DNA of 64,000 nt from a virus. The first letter of the stretch is position 1. Every line of letters starts with the position of its first letter. Shown here one piece after another: positions 38,281 to 47,690 of this stretch. Position numbers and translations under genes: made by a program. The DNA lies in IMG/VR virus record IMGVR_UViG_3300010401_000002, positions 1-64,000 of that record. The stretch is one strand, 5' to 3'. Below the pieces are notes generated by a model. The model ran no database searches. It had not been told where the DNA came from and was given only the letters and a program-made list of their open reading frames with translations.

Positions 38281-39831
38281 ATGAAAAAACTTACAACCAT
38301 CCTATTAATTCTGACTGCTGTTTTAAGCGGCAAATTCGGGAAAGTAGCGTTCGCTACAGCAACATTTGTTTCACTAAAATATGAAGCAGGGCACTCACAA
38401 AACAAGCGATTAACATTTCAAAGTCCCGCGTGTTCAATATCTGCCATTGGTGATACAGGATTTTACTTTGCTGCTTATACATCAACACTGCCAACAACCT
38501 GCAATCCTGCAAATATTGCTATGTGGGGAGTGGGCAAAAGAACTATGTACAACAGCTTCGACACTACCACGTTTATGAAGGGTGTGTGGCTAAAAGAATC
38601 CGACAGCACAAACCACAACAGCATGGCAAGTGTAACAGGCATTACCATGAGTAACAATGCAGGGCGGATATTGCGTATTCCTATGGATAGCGTACTAACG
38701 GTATTCCCCAACAAAACATTTGTTGCGGCAAATTACTATCCGTTAAGCAGCAATCCAAGTGGCTATATTACAGCAAGCGCATTAAGCCCATACTATTTAG
38801 CATCAAATCCATCGGGCTATATTACCTCATCTGCATTATCACCATATCTTACAGCAAGCACAGCCGCTTCGACCTATTATCTACAAACTAATCCTGCAAA
38901 TTACATTGCTTCGATTAACAGTAGCATGGTTACAACAGCATTAGGATTTACACCTTACAACAATACCAATCCGAATAATTATATATCATCTGTTTCGAGT
39001 AGCGATATAACTACTGCATTGGGTTATACCCCTTATAATAGCTCTAATCCATCAGGTTATATTAGTAGTATAAGTAGCGGGAATATTACAACAGCATTAG
39101 GTTACACGCCCTACAATGCTGCAAATCCATCTAACTATATCAGCAGCATAACAAGCGGCAATGTAACTACGGCTTTAGGATATACTCCCGTTACCAATGC
39201 AAGAACAGTTACAATCAACGGCACAGCACAGGATTTAAGCAGCAACAGAACGTGGAGTGTAGGCACATTGGTTGCGGCAGATACAAATTCGTTAAGTAGC
39301 CGTATAAACTTAAAATTAAACAGTACCGATACAGCCACTTTCAGAACTGCATCGAATAATGCCTATGCGTCATTAACCGGAAGTTATTCAAATCCTTCAT
39401 GGATAACATCGTTAGCACAGTCAAAAGTAACATACACAGGAACCACAGCGCAGTATATCAGGGGTGACGGCACATTAGCAACATTGCCAACCGTAAGCGG
39501 GGCTACAGGAACATTCGGGGTAGTTACTACGGCAAATGGCGTTGTATCGGCAGGTAAAAGAATTGAAGTTTATTCAGGCACAACAAATGCAAGTGGTGTA
39601 TATACCGTAACGTTCGGGACGGCTTATTCAGTTGCTCCAAATATTCAGGCAAGCATTACCAATCAGTCCAGCACTAATCAATATGTTAGAATAGCATCTG
39701 TTAGCACAACAGGTTTTACAATTAACGCCTATTCGTTCAGCACAAACACCCTGCTTGGAATAGTCAACTTAATAGCAACAACAGTAAATGTAACAGGTGC
39801 AACTGTTGACGTTCTTTGCACAGAGAAATAA
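38281..39831 (+). CDS. fibre-like repeat protein with an N-terminal signal peptide
   Basis: MKKLTTILLILTAVL...AFA; TTALGYTPYN..NP..YI repeats; YIRGDG; C-terminal YTVTFGTAYSVAP domain. Confidence 0.65.
   Translation: MKKLTTILLILTAVLSGKFGKVAFATATFVSLKYEAGHSQNKRLTFQSPACSISAIGDTGFYFAAYTSTLPTTCNPANIAMWGVGKRTMYNSFDTTTFMKGVWLKESDSTNHNSMASVTGITMSNNAGRILRIPMDSVLTVFPNKTFVAANYYPLSSNPSGYITASALSPYYLASNPSGYITSSALSPYLTASTAASTYYLQTNPANYIASINSSMVTTALGFTPYNNTNPNNYISSVSSSDITTALGYTPYNSSNPSGYISSISSGNITTALGYTPYNAANPSNYISSITSGNVTTALGYTPVTNARTVTINGTAQDLSSNRTWSVGTLVAADTNSLSSRINLKLNSTDTATFRTASNNAYASLTGSYSNPSWITSLAQSKVTYTGTTAQYIRGDGTLATLPTVSGATGTFGVVTTANGVVSAGKRIEVYSGTTNASGVYTVTFGTAYSVAPNIQASITNQSSTNQYVRIASVSTTGFTINAYSFSTNTLLGIVNLIATTVNVTGATVDVLCTEK
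38917..39189 (+). repeat. ~3.5 copies of a 78-nt (26-aa) coding repeat
   Basis: S..(I/V)TTALG(F/Y)TPYN..NP..YISS(V/I) units. Confidence 0.8.
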
Positions 39832-39853
39832 ACTTTAAAACCCATATAACAAC

Positions 39854-40105
39854 ATGAACTACTACAAATTAATTGACGGTGACATAGAAAATTACTATGC
39901 AGAAGGTGAATCTAATGTTACTTCAATTACACTAACCTACAAGGATTCTGTATTAGACAGCGCGGATTACGACCCAACGATAGAGGACGTTCCTATGGAA
40001 GCCATTTCATCCGACTTCGATGAATTTGTACAGGCAAGGTCTGTTGCAGAGGGGTTACACGATGATGGTTTTGCGTTTGTTGGCACAAGTCCAATCCACC
40101 ACTAA
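39854..40105 (+). CDS. acidic hypothetical protein
   Basis: 83-aa ORF. Confidence 0.6.
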   Translation: MNYYKLIDGDIENYYAEGESNVTSITLTYKDSVLDSADYDPTIEDVPMEAISSDFDEFVQARSVAEGLHDDGFAFVGTSPIHH

Positions 40106-40108
40106 TAC

Positions 40109-40504
40109 ATGTTTAAAAACCTTACTACCATTGAGGTTGCAAACGTGCTTAAATATGGCATATTAATCGTACTTATACTTAATTTAGTTGGGTATGATTG
40201 CTTTGGCATAATTCATTCACTAAATGACACCTCCGACCCCACTAAAAGGTATTTAAGCGATACGGTATTCTTTTGCTGTACTTCGCTTAGTTGGGTTGTT
40301 ATGGCACACACATTAGGAATAGTTAGAAGCAATTTATTTCAACCATTCAAGTGGCTTGCTGTGCTTACAACTATCCTGATAGCATATACTTGGAACGCCT
40401 TCTTAGACGAAGCATTTTTTGACCCTCAAAAATTAGGATGGAACGAGTTGGTTTTCGGCATTTTAACACCTATATTTGCAGTAAGAAAATATATTAAGAA
40501 ATGA
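40109..40504 (+). CDS. multi-pass membrane protein
   Basis: About four hydrophobic segments. Confidence 0.65.
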   Translation: MFKNLTTIEVANVLKYGILIVLILNLVGYDCFGIIHSLNDTSDPTKRYLSDTVFFCCTSLSWVVMAHTLGIVRSNLFQPFKWLAVLTTILIAYTWNAFLDEAFFDPQKLGWNELVFGILTPIFAVRKYIKK

Positions 40505-40878
40505 TGCTATTGCAGGCGGACAAAATAATAGACAGCATGAGTGACGGCCTGAAAGAGGCTGTTCTTAAATCAGATGCAAATGATACATCGGTAATAGTAT
40601 TTTTCTTAGGATTACTCTTTCTTGTAGGAGCTGTTATAATCGTAGCGGTTATGTACCGACAAATGCGGGCTGACAGGAAAGAAATTATACAAATTCAGAA
40701 AGACCATGCTGAAAAAATGGAAGATATTATTACCGTCCGAAATGAAACGATGGAGCGTGTAAATGAATCTTTAAGAAGTGTAGCAGCAGCATCGGCAGGG
40801 ATAATAGCAACAGTAGAAGGACATTCACAATTATTAAAATCAGTACAGGACTTAATTATAACCAAACTCTTGAAATAA
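40501..40878 (+). CDS. single-TM plus coiled-coil protein (holin/antiholin-like)
   Basis: VIVFFLGLLFLVGAVIIVAVMY followed by a coiled coil. Confidence 0.5.
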   Translation: MMLLQADKIIDSMSDGLKEAVLKSDANDTSVIVFFLGLLFLVGAVIIVAVMYRQMRADRKEIIQIQKDHAEKMEDIITVRNETMERVNESLRSVAAASAGIIATVEGHSQLLKSVQDLIITKLLK

Positions 40879-40885
40879 ACCCAAA

Positions 40886-41209
40886 GTGATAAAACTACTC
40901 CCTATAGCGTTTTTAGACCTGATGATGTTAGGGGTAACTTTTAGCGGGGCTGTATTCACTTTGATTAAGTTTGTGAAAAACAAATTACAACTTACAAGAC
41001 GCGATTGGGTTCTACTTGGTATGTATTGGAGTTACACGCTTTTTATAATGTTGACGTTTTTATTGGAATACATCGTTTACATTCAATGCGATATTGAATT
41101 TAATCAATCAATTTATAGTTGGATATTGATTACTCGCGGGGTTGGGTGCATCTTTACTTGGCTTGCAATAACGTGGTCAAGTGGATATAAGTTTGGGGGT
41201 GAAAATTGA
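40886..41209 (+). CDS. three-TM membrane protein
   Basis: Three hydrophobic segments; GTG start. Confidence 0.55.
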   Translation: MIKLLPIAFLDLMMLGVTFSGAVFTLIKFVKNKLQLTRRDWVLLGMYWSYTLFIMLTFLLEYIVYIQCDIEFNQSIYSWILITRGVGCIFTWLAITWSSGYKFGGEN

Positions 41210-41532
41210 GTGCATCCTCCGAAAATGGCAATGGTATAACGTGGTCGCGTTACATAGTAGCATTTGCCTTTTTCTTAACGGTACAAGCTGCGGTTTTGGG
41301 GCCTGTTTTGTCAAGGCTTGGTGATATTCAAACACAGATTGATAAGCACGAAGCGTTGCCCCATCACTACGGGACTGCGGAGAAGTTGTCTGCTACGGAA
41401 GTTAAGTTTACTGAGGTGGAAACCCAGCTACGTTCGCAAAAAGAAGTTTCGGAAATAAGAATTGCGGCACTTCAAAAACAGATTGATGAACTGAAATTTG
41501 AAATACAGAAAATTAAAGATGGAAGAAAGTAA
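41206..41532 (+). CDS. single-TM plus coiled-coil protein
   Basis: YIVAFAFFLTVQAAVLGPVL followed by a coiled coil; TTG start overlapping the upstream stop. Confidence 0.5.
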   Translation: MSASSENGNGITWSRYIVAFAFFLTVQAAVLGPVLSRLGDIQTQIDKHEALPHHYGTAEKLSATEVKFTEVETQLRSQKEVSEIRIAALQKQIDELKFEIQKIKDGRK

Positions 41533-41620
41533 GTCTAACATCAACACCACCATTCTATCAATAGCACTCGCTTTATTCTGTGCGGGCTGCATCTACCTCT
41601 ACTACTGCTATACACACTAA
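41519..41620 (+). CDS. 33-aa membrane peptide
   Basis: MEESKSNINTTILSIALALFCAGCIYLYYCYTH. Confidence 0.45.
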   Translation: MEESKSNINTTILSIALALFCAGCIYLYYCYTH

Positions 41621-41624
41621 GACT

Positions 41625-41723
41625 ATGCGCATTTCCCGTTTCACCCGCGACTTGATTATTATTGGAGTGATGATTGGCGCTGCGATGGTGAGCGTGGTGT
41701 GGAGGGCGAAGTTTTCAGGGTGA
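41625..41723 (+). CDS. 32-aa membrane peptide
   Basis: MRISRFTRDLIIIGVMIGAAMVSVVWRAKFSG. Confidence 0.45.
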   Translation: MRISRFTRDLIIIGVMIGAAMVSVVWRAKFSG

Positions 41724-41769
41724 TAATCAATGCTTTAATTATACTGCATTAAAAAATAATTAAAAACGC

Positions 41770-41799
41770 TTGACAATTGATTTTTCGTTATTATCTTTA
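41770..41799 (+). promoter_or_regulatory. probable promoter of the accessory operon
   Basis: TTGACA (41770-75) and TATCTTTA (41792-99, one mismatch to TAnnTTTG), 8 nt before ATG. Confidence 0.55.
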
Positions 41800-41807
41800 C
41801 GCCCGAA

Positions 41808-41966
41808 ATGAAACAGAAATCTACAAAGGGTCGAAAAAAGCTATCTCCATTAGAGAAGAAAATTGAAGTTAGATTTTTTCTTGAAAATAAAATAATATTG
41901 GCTAATGGCGGTAAAGAAAAATACATTGAGAAATGTAAATCATTAGCGGCAAAGGTTAAGAACTAA
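41808..41966 (+). CDS. 52-aa basic, probably DNA-binding protein (not in ORF track)
   Basis: MKQKSTKGRKKLSPLEKKIEVRFFLENKIILANGGKEKYIEKCKSLAAKVKN. Confidence 0.6.
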   Translation: MKQKSTKGRKKLSPLEKKIEVRFFLENKIILANGGKEKYIEKCKSLAAKVKN

Positions 41967-42042
41967 TCGGGTTTCGGAGTGTTTCTCGATAAATCCCCTG
42001 TATATCGCAGGGGTGGCTAATAGGAACAGACTATTCCCCGAT
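41966..42042 (+). ncRNA. cloverleaf-shaped structured element, not a canonical tRNA
   Basis: Closing stem ATCGGG/CCCGAT; CCCCTG-7nt-CAGGGG; AATAG-7nt-CTATT. Confidence 0.4.
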
Positions 42043-42080
42043 GGGGGTAACTAAGCAGTAAACTATAAACAAATAAAACT

Positions 42081-42929
42081 ATGCTAAACATTTTCAAAAG
42101 GTCTATCAAAGGCGAAAACGTAACTGCCGATATAAAGGTTGCGGAGAAAAAATATCCAAAAGAAGTTATTGAAATACACAATCATTTTAATGGTGCTGGT
42201 GAAGCACTTTTAGCGGAAGCACAGCGAACTTTGTCTTTTTGTAGGGAGCGTGATAAAGAAAAAGGTAAGCTACTTAATAGTATTGGGTTCGTAAACACAC
42301 CACAGGCTAAAGAGGTAAAGGAGCTTGAAGTAAGGGAATATGATGCAGAGAAAACCGCTAACTTGGTTGAGTATTACAGAATAAATTATCCCAACAATAA
42401 ATTCATTACAGAAAGAATCGTAAAATGGATTTGCGAAAAATACAACCTTGTGTGTGGTGACGTGTCTTTGTACAAAGGGTTTGTGCCAACGGAAAAACTT
42501 AAACAAATACAATCGTTTAAAGTTAATAAAAATGACAGAGGTTACGCAGAAATAAGAAACCGAGAAACAAAAGAATTGATAGCATGCTTATCTAAATCAG
42601 ACCTTGCAGATAAAAACCTTGATTGGTGCAGGGAATGTATTGACGACAACAAAGAGTTTTACACCACAAGTTGTTCATCGTTCAGAACTAAATTTGCATC
42701 TTACAATTTAAATGACCACTTAAAAGTTTACCCTGTTGGACAAACATTAAAGATTTGCGCCCCAATAAAAGACATGGATACCACAGGGATGAAACTAAGC
42801 GGCTACAAATTAGAAAAGCACATTCCCGACCCTGTTGTATTGCAACCTGTAAATGGCGGCTACCTTATCGTAACCGCGTGGGGTGACGAGGCATCGGATG
42901 AATTAGTTGTAAATCAGAAAATGAATTAA
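42081..42929 (+). CDS. Bacteroidota-phage hypothetical protein
   Basis: C-terminal PDPVVLQPVNGGYLIVTAWGDEASD, recalled as a recurrent family motif. Confidence 0.7.
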   Translation: MLNIFKRSIKGENVTADIKVAEKKYPKEVIEIHNHFNGAGEALLAEAQRTLSFCRERDKEKGKLLNSIGFVNTPQAKEVKELEVREYDAEKTANLVEYYRINYPNNKFITERIVKWICEKYNLVCGDVSLYKGFVPTEKLKQIQSFKVNKNDRGYAEIRNRETKELIACLSKSDLADKNLDWCRECIDDNKEFYTTSCSSFRTKFASYNLNDHLKVYPVGQTLKICAPIKDMDTTGMKLSGYKLEKHIPDPVVLQPVNGGYLIVTAWGDEASDELVVNQKMN

Positions 42930-42940
42930 TAAATAAAATA

Positions 42941-43492
42941 ATGGCAAAACAGAAACTTTTAAAACCGATTCATTTGGCTTGCAGCGATGATGATATGCGA
43001 CCAATATTACAGCACATTTATATTGATAAGGGATGTGCAATTGCGACCAATGGAAATATAATGGTTAAGTCTGACCTTATGGAAAACTCTTTGATTAATG
43101 ACCAACAGATTGTTGATAGCCTTGAAGGGAAACTGATTCACAAAGATGTTTGGAAAGACTTAATAAAAGCTGCGCGAATTACGGTTTCGGAAGATAAGAT
43201 TAATGCTTATACAAGCGGAGGAGTGATTGAGTATCCGTTTGCGGAACCTATGGGTGAAGATGGTAAGCCATTGCGTTACCCTAATTACAATACAATTATC
43301 CCTCCTGATTCTGCTAAACAGGAAGTGGCTGAATTTGGATTGAGCAGCGAACTTTTTGCTATTATAGGAAAGGCATTAAAAACAGACAGGCTTAAATGTG
43401 TTCTGAATGGTCGTAATAAAGCGATTTGTGTTACACCTATTGATACTTATGAGGAGTTTGCTATCATTATGCCTATTGATGTTAGTTTGTAA
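42941..43492 (+). CDS. truncated DNA polymerase III beta-clamp-like protein
   Basis: ACSDDDMRPILQHI...IATNG...RYPNYNTIIP...AIIMPI match DnaN middle and C-terminal motifs. Confidence 0.65.
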   Translation: MAKQKLLKPIHLACSDDDMRPILQHIYIDKGCAIATNGNIMVKSDLMENSLINDQQIVDSLEGKLIHKDVWKDLIKAARITVSEDKINAYTSGGVIEYPFAEPMGEDGKPLRYPNYNTIIPPDSAKQEVAEFGLSSELFAIIGKALKTDRLKCVLNGRNKAICVTPIDTYEEFAIIMPIDVSL

Positions 43493-43513
43493 AAACTTGG
43501 TTGGTTTAGGTTA

Positions 43514-43554
43514 AGGGCAAGCGGTCTGGTTAACGTAAGACTTGCCCTATTTTT
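43514..43554 (+). terminator. intrinsic terminator
   Basis: AGGGCAAG / CTTGCCCT followed by ATTTTT. Confidence 0.65.
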
Positions 43555-43578
43555 AAAGAGTAATTAAACAAAAGCAAA

Positions 43579-43920
43579 ATGAACGATAACACAACAAAAC
43601 TTTTAGAACAGTTAGCAAATAAGTTAGGCACAACAAGCGGATACCTATGGGGTGTGTTAGTAAAACAAGCACCCGTAAGCGCGACTATAACATTAATGTA
43701 TCTGCTGCTAACAATTGCTTACGGCTTTGTCTTATATAAGACATATAAGAAAGCGTTTTCAGTATATGCAATGCCGAGGTTCTTTTGGATTGGTGCTGCT
43801 GTGTTATTTGGAATTATATTTATAATATTATTCTTTTCCTTAGATAATATTATCAACGGTTATTTTAATCCTGAATATTGGGCTTTAAATAAAATTCTTG
43901 AATCTATAAAATCATATTAA
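43579..43920 (+). CDS. two-TM phage membrane protein
   Basis: LEQLANKLGTT..YLWGVLVKQA...NPEYWAL. Confidence 0.65.
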   Translation: MNDNTTKLLEQLANKLGTTSGYLWGVLVKQAPVSATITLMYLLLTIAYGFVLYKTYKKAFSVYAMPRFFWIGAAVLFGIIFIILFFSLDNIINGYFNPEYWALNKILESIKSY

Positions 43921-43921
43921 C

Positions 43922-44035
43922 ATGGTAATCTACATCGCATACTTATTAATAGCAGCAGCATTTATCTACGGTGGTAGGTTGATATACATTGGAATTAAGA
44001 ATGGGGAACATAATGAGTTATTCAAATGGGTATAG
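43922..44035 (+). CDS. 37-aa membrane peptide
   Basis: MVIYIAYLLIAAAFIYGGRLIYIGIKNGEHNELFKWV fills the gap between genes. Confidence 0.5.
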   Translation: MVIYIAYLLIAAAFIYGGRLIYIGIKNGEHNELFKWV

Positions 44036-44232
44036 AAAGCACAAAGACAGTAAGGAGAAGTAGCGCAACGTATATGCTTGGATTAAAGGGCGTTGTTTTA
44101 TACGGGCACGAAAGCAATGAAAAACTTGCTGAATTATTGTACCGCGAAAGGGAGAGTATCTTTGAGAATTACGATGTGGTGGATGACGCTTACGAAGGTG
44201 ACGAATCAGATAACTTTAAAGCGGGATGGTGA
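44026..44232 (+). CDS. hypothetical protein
   Basis: 68-aa ORF. Confidence 0.55.
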   Translation: MGIESTKTVRRSSATYMLGLKGVVLYGHESNEKLAELLYRERESIFENYDVVDDAYEGDESDNFKAGW

Positions 44233-44477
44233 TGGAAAACGATTGGGTAGATATAAAAGATAGATTGCCAGAAACAAAAAAAGCTGCGGGAAAAACTCTT
44301 TGTACGCACAGGTCAGATGTTGTGGAAACGTATTCTCCTAAAAGCGACGAGACAATCGAATTTGTTGAGTTAAATTATTTTGCAAGATATACCTACAACA
44401 CAAAGGGCAGTTGGTTTCGTGACGACAGTTTAATTACCCATTGGAGGCCGTTCACCCCACCTACTACCACCCCATAA
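44226..44477 (+). CDS. DUF551-like protein
   Basis: WVDIKDRLPE...ITHWRP. Confidence 0.6.
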   Translation: MVMENDWVDIKDRLPETKKAAGKTLCTHRSDVVETYSPKSDETIEFVELNYFARYTYNTKGSWFRDDSLITHWRPFTPPTTTP

Positions 44478-44498
44478 GGAAAAATAATTTAAAAAATA

Positions 44499-44708
44499 AT
44501 GCACTACAAAATAGTAAAATACATATTTAAAAGCGGTCGTGTTGAGTATAGCCCGTTTGTTAAGAAGTGGTTTGGGTGGGTTGCTATAACACGCAACGGT
44601 GGGACATTTATAGAAAGGGTGGTGTGTGATGAACTTGAAAGGGCTGAACGGCTGATTGAGTTGCATAAATCGGGGAATACTAAGTTGGTTAAAAGGGAGG
44701 TGGTATAA
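44499..44708 (+). CDS. hypothetical protein
   Basis: 69-aa ORF, TAATG-coupled to the next gene. Confidence 0.55.
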   Translation: MHYKIVKYIFKSGRVEYSPFVKKWFGWVAITRNGGTFIERVVCDELERAERLIELHKSGNTKLVKREVV

Positions 44709-44974
44709 TGGAAGAAGAAAAAATATTCACATTCACAGAGTACAGTGCTGACAGGCCACCAAAAGCAATCAGGAAAAAAGAATCTGAATTGAGTGCTGCT
44801 GATAAGGCTTATCTGTTAGGAGAGTTGATACATAGGTTTAATCACAATACTCGCGAAAATCAAGATAAGTTTTTAAGAATGATTGTTGAGGATTATGAGG
44901 AAAAGCATTATAACAAAGAGGCGTTGCATGATTTTGAAACGTTTGGGGATAGGAATAAATTGAAAAAACTATAA
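44708..44974 (+). CDS. hypothetical protein
   Basis: 88-aa ORF. Confidence 0.55.
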   Translation: MEEEKIFTFTEYSADRPPKAIRKKESELSAADKAYLLGELIHRFNHNTRENQDKFLRMIVEDYEEKHYNKEALHDFETFGDRNKLKKL

Positions 44975-44986
44975 ATAAAAAACAAT

Positions 44987-45493
44987 ATGCCAAATTACAG
45001 AGCAGTTTACAAGTCAGACCACTTAGGCGTTATAGACTTGGAGGAATGGGTTGAACAGAGCAAATCGTTAGTGTTCACGATTAAAGAAGTTAAACAGGAA
45101 ATAGGTGTAACTGTTGCAGGTAACAAAGGCAACTATAACATAGCTTATTTTGTTGAACCTATAAAGCCATTAGTTCTCAACGCAACTAACGCCAACACTG
45201 TACGCAAGTTGGGTCGTTTCGGAACAGACGTTGATACATGGAAAAATATTCCTGTTGAGTTATACATTGATAACACCGTAAAAATGAAAGGTCAGGTTGT
45301 TGGTGGGGTAAGGATAAAGACGGTTAGCCCTACTCCGCGACCTGTAATTAATCCTGATAATGCTATTAAGATATTATCTGCATCAACTACACTTGCTGAA
45401 TTGCAAACAAATTGGGGTAAGTTAAGCAAGGATGAACAGGCGTTACCGATAGTAATAAATAAGAAAGATTCACTTAAAGCAACCCTGAAATGA
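44987..45493 (+). CDS. recombination-module protein (possible ssDNA-binding/annealing partner of YqaJ)
   Basis: KPLVLNATN...W.N..VELY...GGVRIK; ATGA-coupled to YqaJ. Confidence 0.5.
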   Translation: MPNYRAVYKSDHLGVIDLEEWVEQSKSLVFTIKEVKQEIGVTVAGNKGNYNIAYFVEPIKPLVLNATNANTVRKLGRFGTDVDTWKNIPVELYIDNTVKMKGQVVGGVRIKTVSPTPRPVINPDNAIKILSASTTLAELQTNWGKLSKDEQALPIVINKKDSLKATLK

Positions 45494-46140
45494 TAGCAAT
45501 GTTTGATGTGGTTCAGGGAGAACAGCAATGGTTTGAGATTCGATGGGGTAAAGTAGGTGGCACACTTGCAAAAGGTTTGTTTGTTGATAGCGATACCCTT
45601 ATGATAAAAATGCTTGCAGATAAATTAGAGGAATTTGAATTGAGTGAAGATGATTTTCAAAGTGCCGCAATGGAAAATGGGACTATGCTTGAACCCGAAG
45701 CAAGGGCGCAACTGTCAGACTATACAAATCTTAAATTTTTACCCTGCGGTTGGCTGCAATCTGAATCAATCCCAATATTGGGTATAAGCCCAGATGGTAT
45801 AACAGAGGACTTAAAAACAACTTGTGAATTAAAGTGTCCTGAAAGAGCAAAGCACACAAGCACAGTTTACAATAAAGAAATACCATTAGATAATATTCAT
45901 CAATGCGTACACTACTTTACGGTAAACTCAAAACTCGAAAAACATTATTTTGTTTCATTCAGGCCGCAAAGTAAAGTGCCATTGTTTGTAAAAGAGTTGA
46001 CAAGGGATAGTTTGGTGAACTTAGGAACAGCAAGTAAACCACAAATAAAAACAGTTGGCGAATGGTCACAACTTGCAAGGGCAAATGCAATTGTTTTACA
46101 AGCAAAAATAAACGAAGGGGAAATCAAGGTAACATTTTAA
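45490..46140 (+). CDS. YqaJ/lambda-exonuclease family nuclease
   Basis: QGEQQWFEIRWGKV, G..LEPEAR, GISPDG, ELKCP. Confidence 0.88.
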   Translation: MIAMFDVVQGEQQWFEIRWGKVGGTLAKGLFVDSDTLMIKMLADKLEEFELSEDDFQSAAMENGTMLEPEARAQLSDYTNLKFLPCGWLQSESIPILGISPDGITEDLKTTCELKCPERAKHTSTVYNKEIPLDNIHQCVHYFTVNSKLEKHYFVSFRPQSKVPLFVKELTRDSLVNLGTASKPQIKTVGEWSQLARANAIVLQAKINEGEIKVTF

Positions 46141-46155
46141 ATATAATCAATCATT

Positions 46156-47319
46156 ATGGAAGTAACACAAATCGAAACAGTAAGCGAACAGGCATTAGAA
46201 AAAGTAATCACAGACAGTGGGTTACAATTAAGTGACGCGGAGGCAATTAAGCAATCCTATCTGCCATTCTTTAATCAGTTAGCCGGAATCAAAGCGGAAG
46301 CTGAAAAAATAAACTTTGATAACCCTACTACAACGGATGAAATGATTGCGCGGGAATTAAGATTGCGCACAGTAAAAATTCGCACAGGGTCGGAATTGGT
46401 TAAAGATGAAAGAAAGAAGATTCATTCGCTTAAAGCCAACTTGGAGCAATCTGCATGGAACTTAATCAAATCAACTTGTCAATTAGACGAAGAACGATTT
46501 AATCAAGTTGAAAAGCGTAGAGAGATTTTGGAGAAACAGCGTAAGGCAGACCTCAAAAAAGAGCGCACCGAAAAGCTGTTACTGTATTGTGAAATCGCTG
46601 AACAATTGCCTTTGGGTGAAATGAGTGAAGTTGATTTTGAGAATATGTTTAACGGATATAAGGCTACCTATGACGCTAAGGTCGAAGCAGAACGTAAGGC
46701 AGAAGAAGAAAGGTTGCTTAAAGCGGAACAGGAACGTTTAGAAAATGAGCGCATCAGGGTTGAGAATGAAAGGTTGCGTGTTGAGGCGGAACAAAAAGAA
46801 AAGGCGTTGGCTGCTGAACGTGCTGAACAGGAACGTATATTGGCAGAGCAACAAGCAAAACTTGAAGAAGAACGTAAAATGGCTGCTGCTAAATTGGAGC
46901 AGGAAAGAAAGGAAGCAGAAGAAAAGTTAAGAATTGAGCGTGAATCACAGGCAAAACAATTGGCAGAAGCAGAGAAAAAAGCGCAAGAAGTTGCCGCCAA
47001 ATTAAAGGCTGAACAGGATGCTATATTAGAGCAAGAGCGTGCCGCCAAAGCAAAACTTGAAGCCGAATTAAAAGCAAAGGCTGATGCTGAATTGAAATTA
47101 AAACAGGAGGCTGAACAGAATGAAAAAGACCGTATCGCTGCTGAAAAGGCTGCGGCAAAAGCACCGGATAAGGTTAAATTAAAGGCGTGGATTGAATCAA
47201 TTAAAATGAATGATATTCCAACGGGATTAAGCAACGAATCGGGAACGGTTGGCATGTTGATTTCAAACAAGTTTGATGGCTTTAAAACATGGGCTTTACA
47301 ACAAATTGAATTACTTTAA
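46156..47319 (+). CDS. long coiled-coil protein of the recombination module
   Basis: ARELRL..VKIRT N-terminal domain then E/K/A/R-rich coil. Confidence 0.65.
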   Translation: MEVTQIETVSEQALEKVITDSGLQLSDAEAIKQSYLPFFNQLAGIKAEAEKINFDNPTTTDEMIARELRLRTVKIRTGSELVKDERKKIHSLKANLEQSAWNLIKSTCQLDEERFNQVEKRREILEKQRKADLKKERTEKLLLYCEIAEQLPLGEMSEVDFENMFNGYKATYDAKVEAERKAEEERLLKAEQERLENERIRVENERLRVEAEQKEKALAAERAEQERILAEQQAKLEEERKMAAAKLEQERKEAEEKLRIERESQAKQLAEAEKKAQEVAAKLKAEQDAILEQERAAKAKLEAELKAKADAELKLKQEAEQNEKDRIAAEKAAAKAPDKVKLKAWIESIKMNDIPTGLSNESGTVGMLISNKFDGFKTWALQQIELL

Positions 47320-47324
47320 TCAAA

Positions 47325-47690
47325 ATGACAAAATATTACAAGGTGGTTGAGGTTGAGAAGGAGTTGCCGGAATGTGGAATTGACTTTATAACAATACACA
47401 GGGATGGACACGTACATATATGGCACAGAGGTTATAACGGCAAAAACGAGAATGACCAACAGTACAGAAATTTGTTAGTACATTCTGGTATAACCCATTG
47501 GCTCAAAGAAATTACCCCGTCCGACCTACCCCCTGCCTCGGATGATAAAGAGATTGAAAGGTTAGGGGCTATTGCATTAGAAGAAACGAACAACATTTCA
47601 GTTCTGACAATTAACGATGACGAAGAAAATATCTTTAGAGTTGGCTTTGTCTTAGGCTATAAAAATGCGCTCAATACACTATTCAAATGA
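47325..47690 (+). CDS. hypothetical protein (DUF551-like ITHWL)
   Basis: VEKELPE...ITHWLKE. Confidence 0.55.
   Translation: MTKYYKVVEVEKELPECGIDFITIHRDGHVHIWHRGYNGKNENDQQYRNLLVHSGITHWLKEITPSDLPPASDDKEIERLGAIALEETNNISVLTINDDEENIFRVGFVLGYKNALNTLFK

Noticed and set aside
41966-42042. Canonical tRNA gene
   Set aside because: No TTCG T-loop or CCA and an irregular D-arm; kept only as a structured element.
31581-42060. CTAAGCAGTA shared by two structured regions
   Set aside because: A 10-mer match is expected by chance in 64 kb.
46668-47270. 200-aa minus-strand ORF and similar antisense ORFs over structural genes
   Set aside because: Shadows of E/K/A-rich coding on the + strand.
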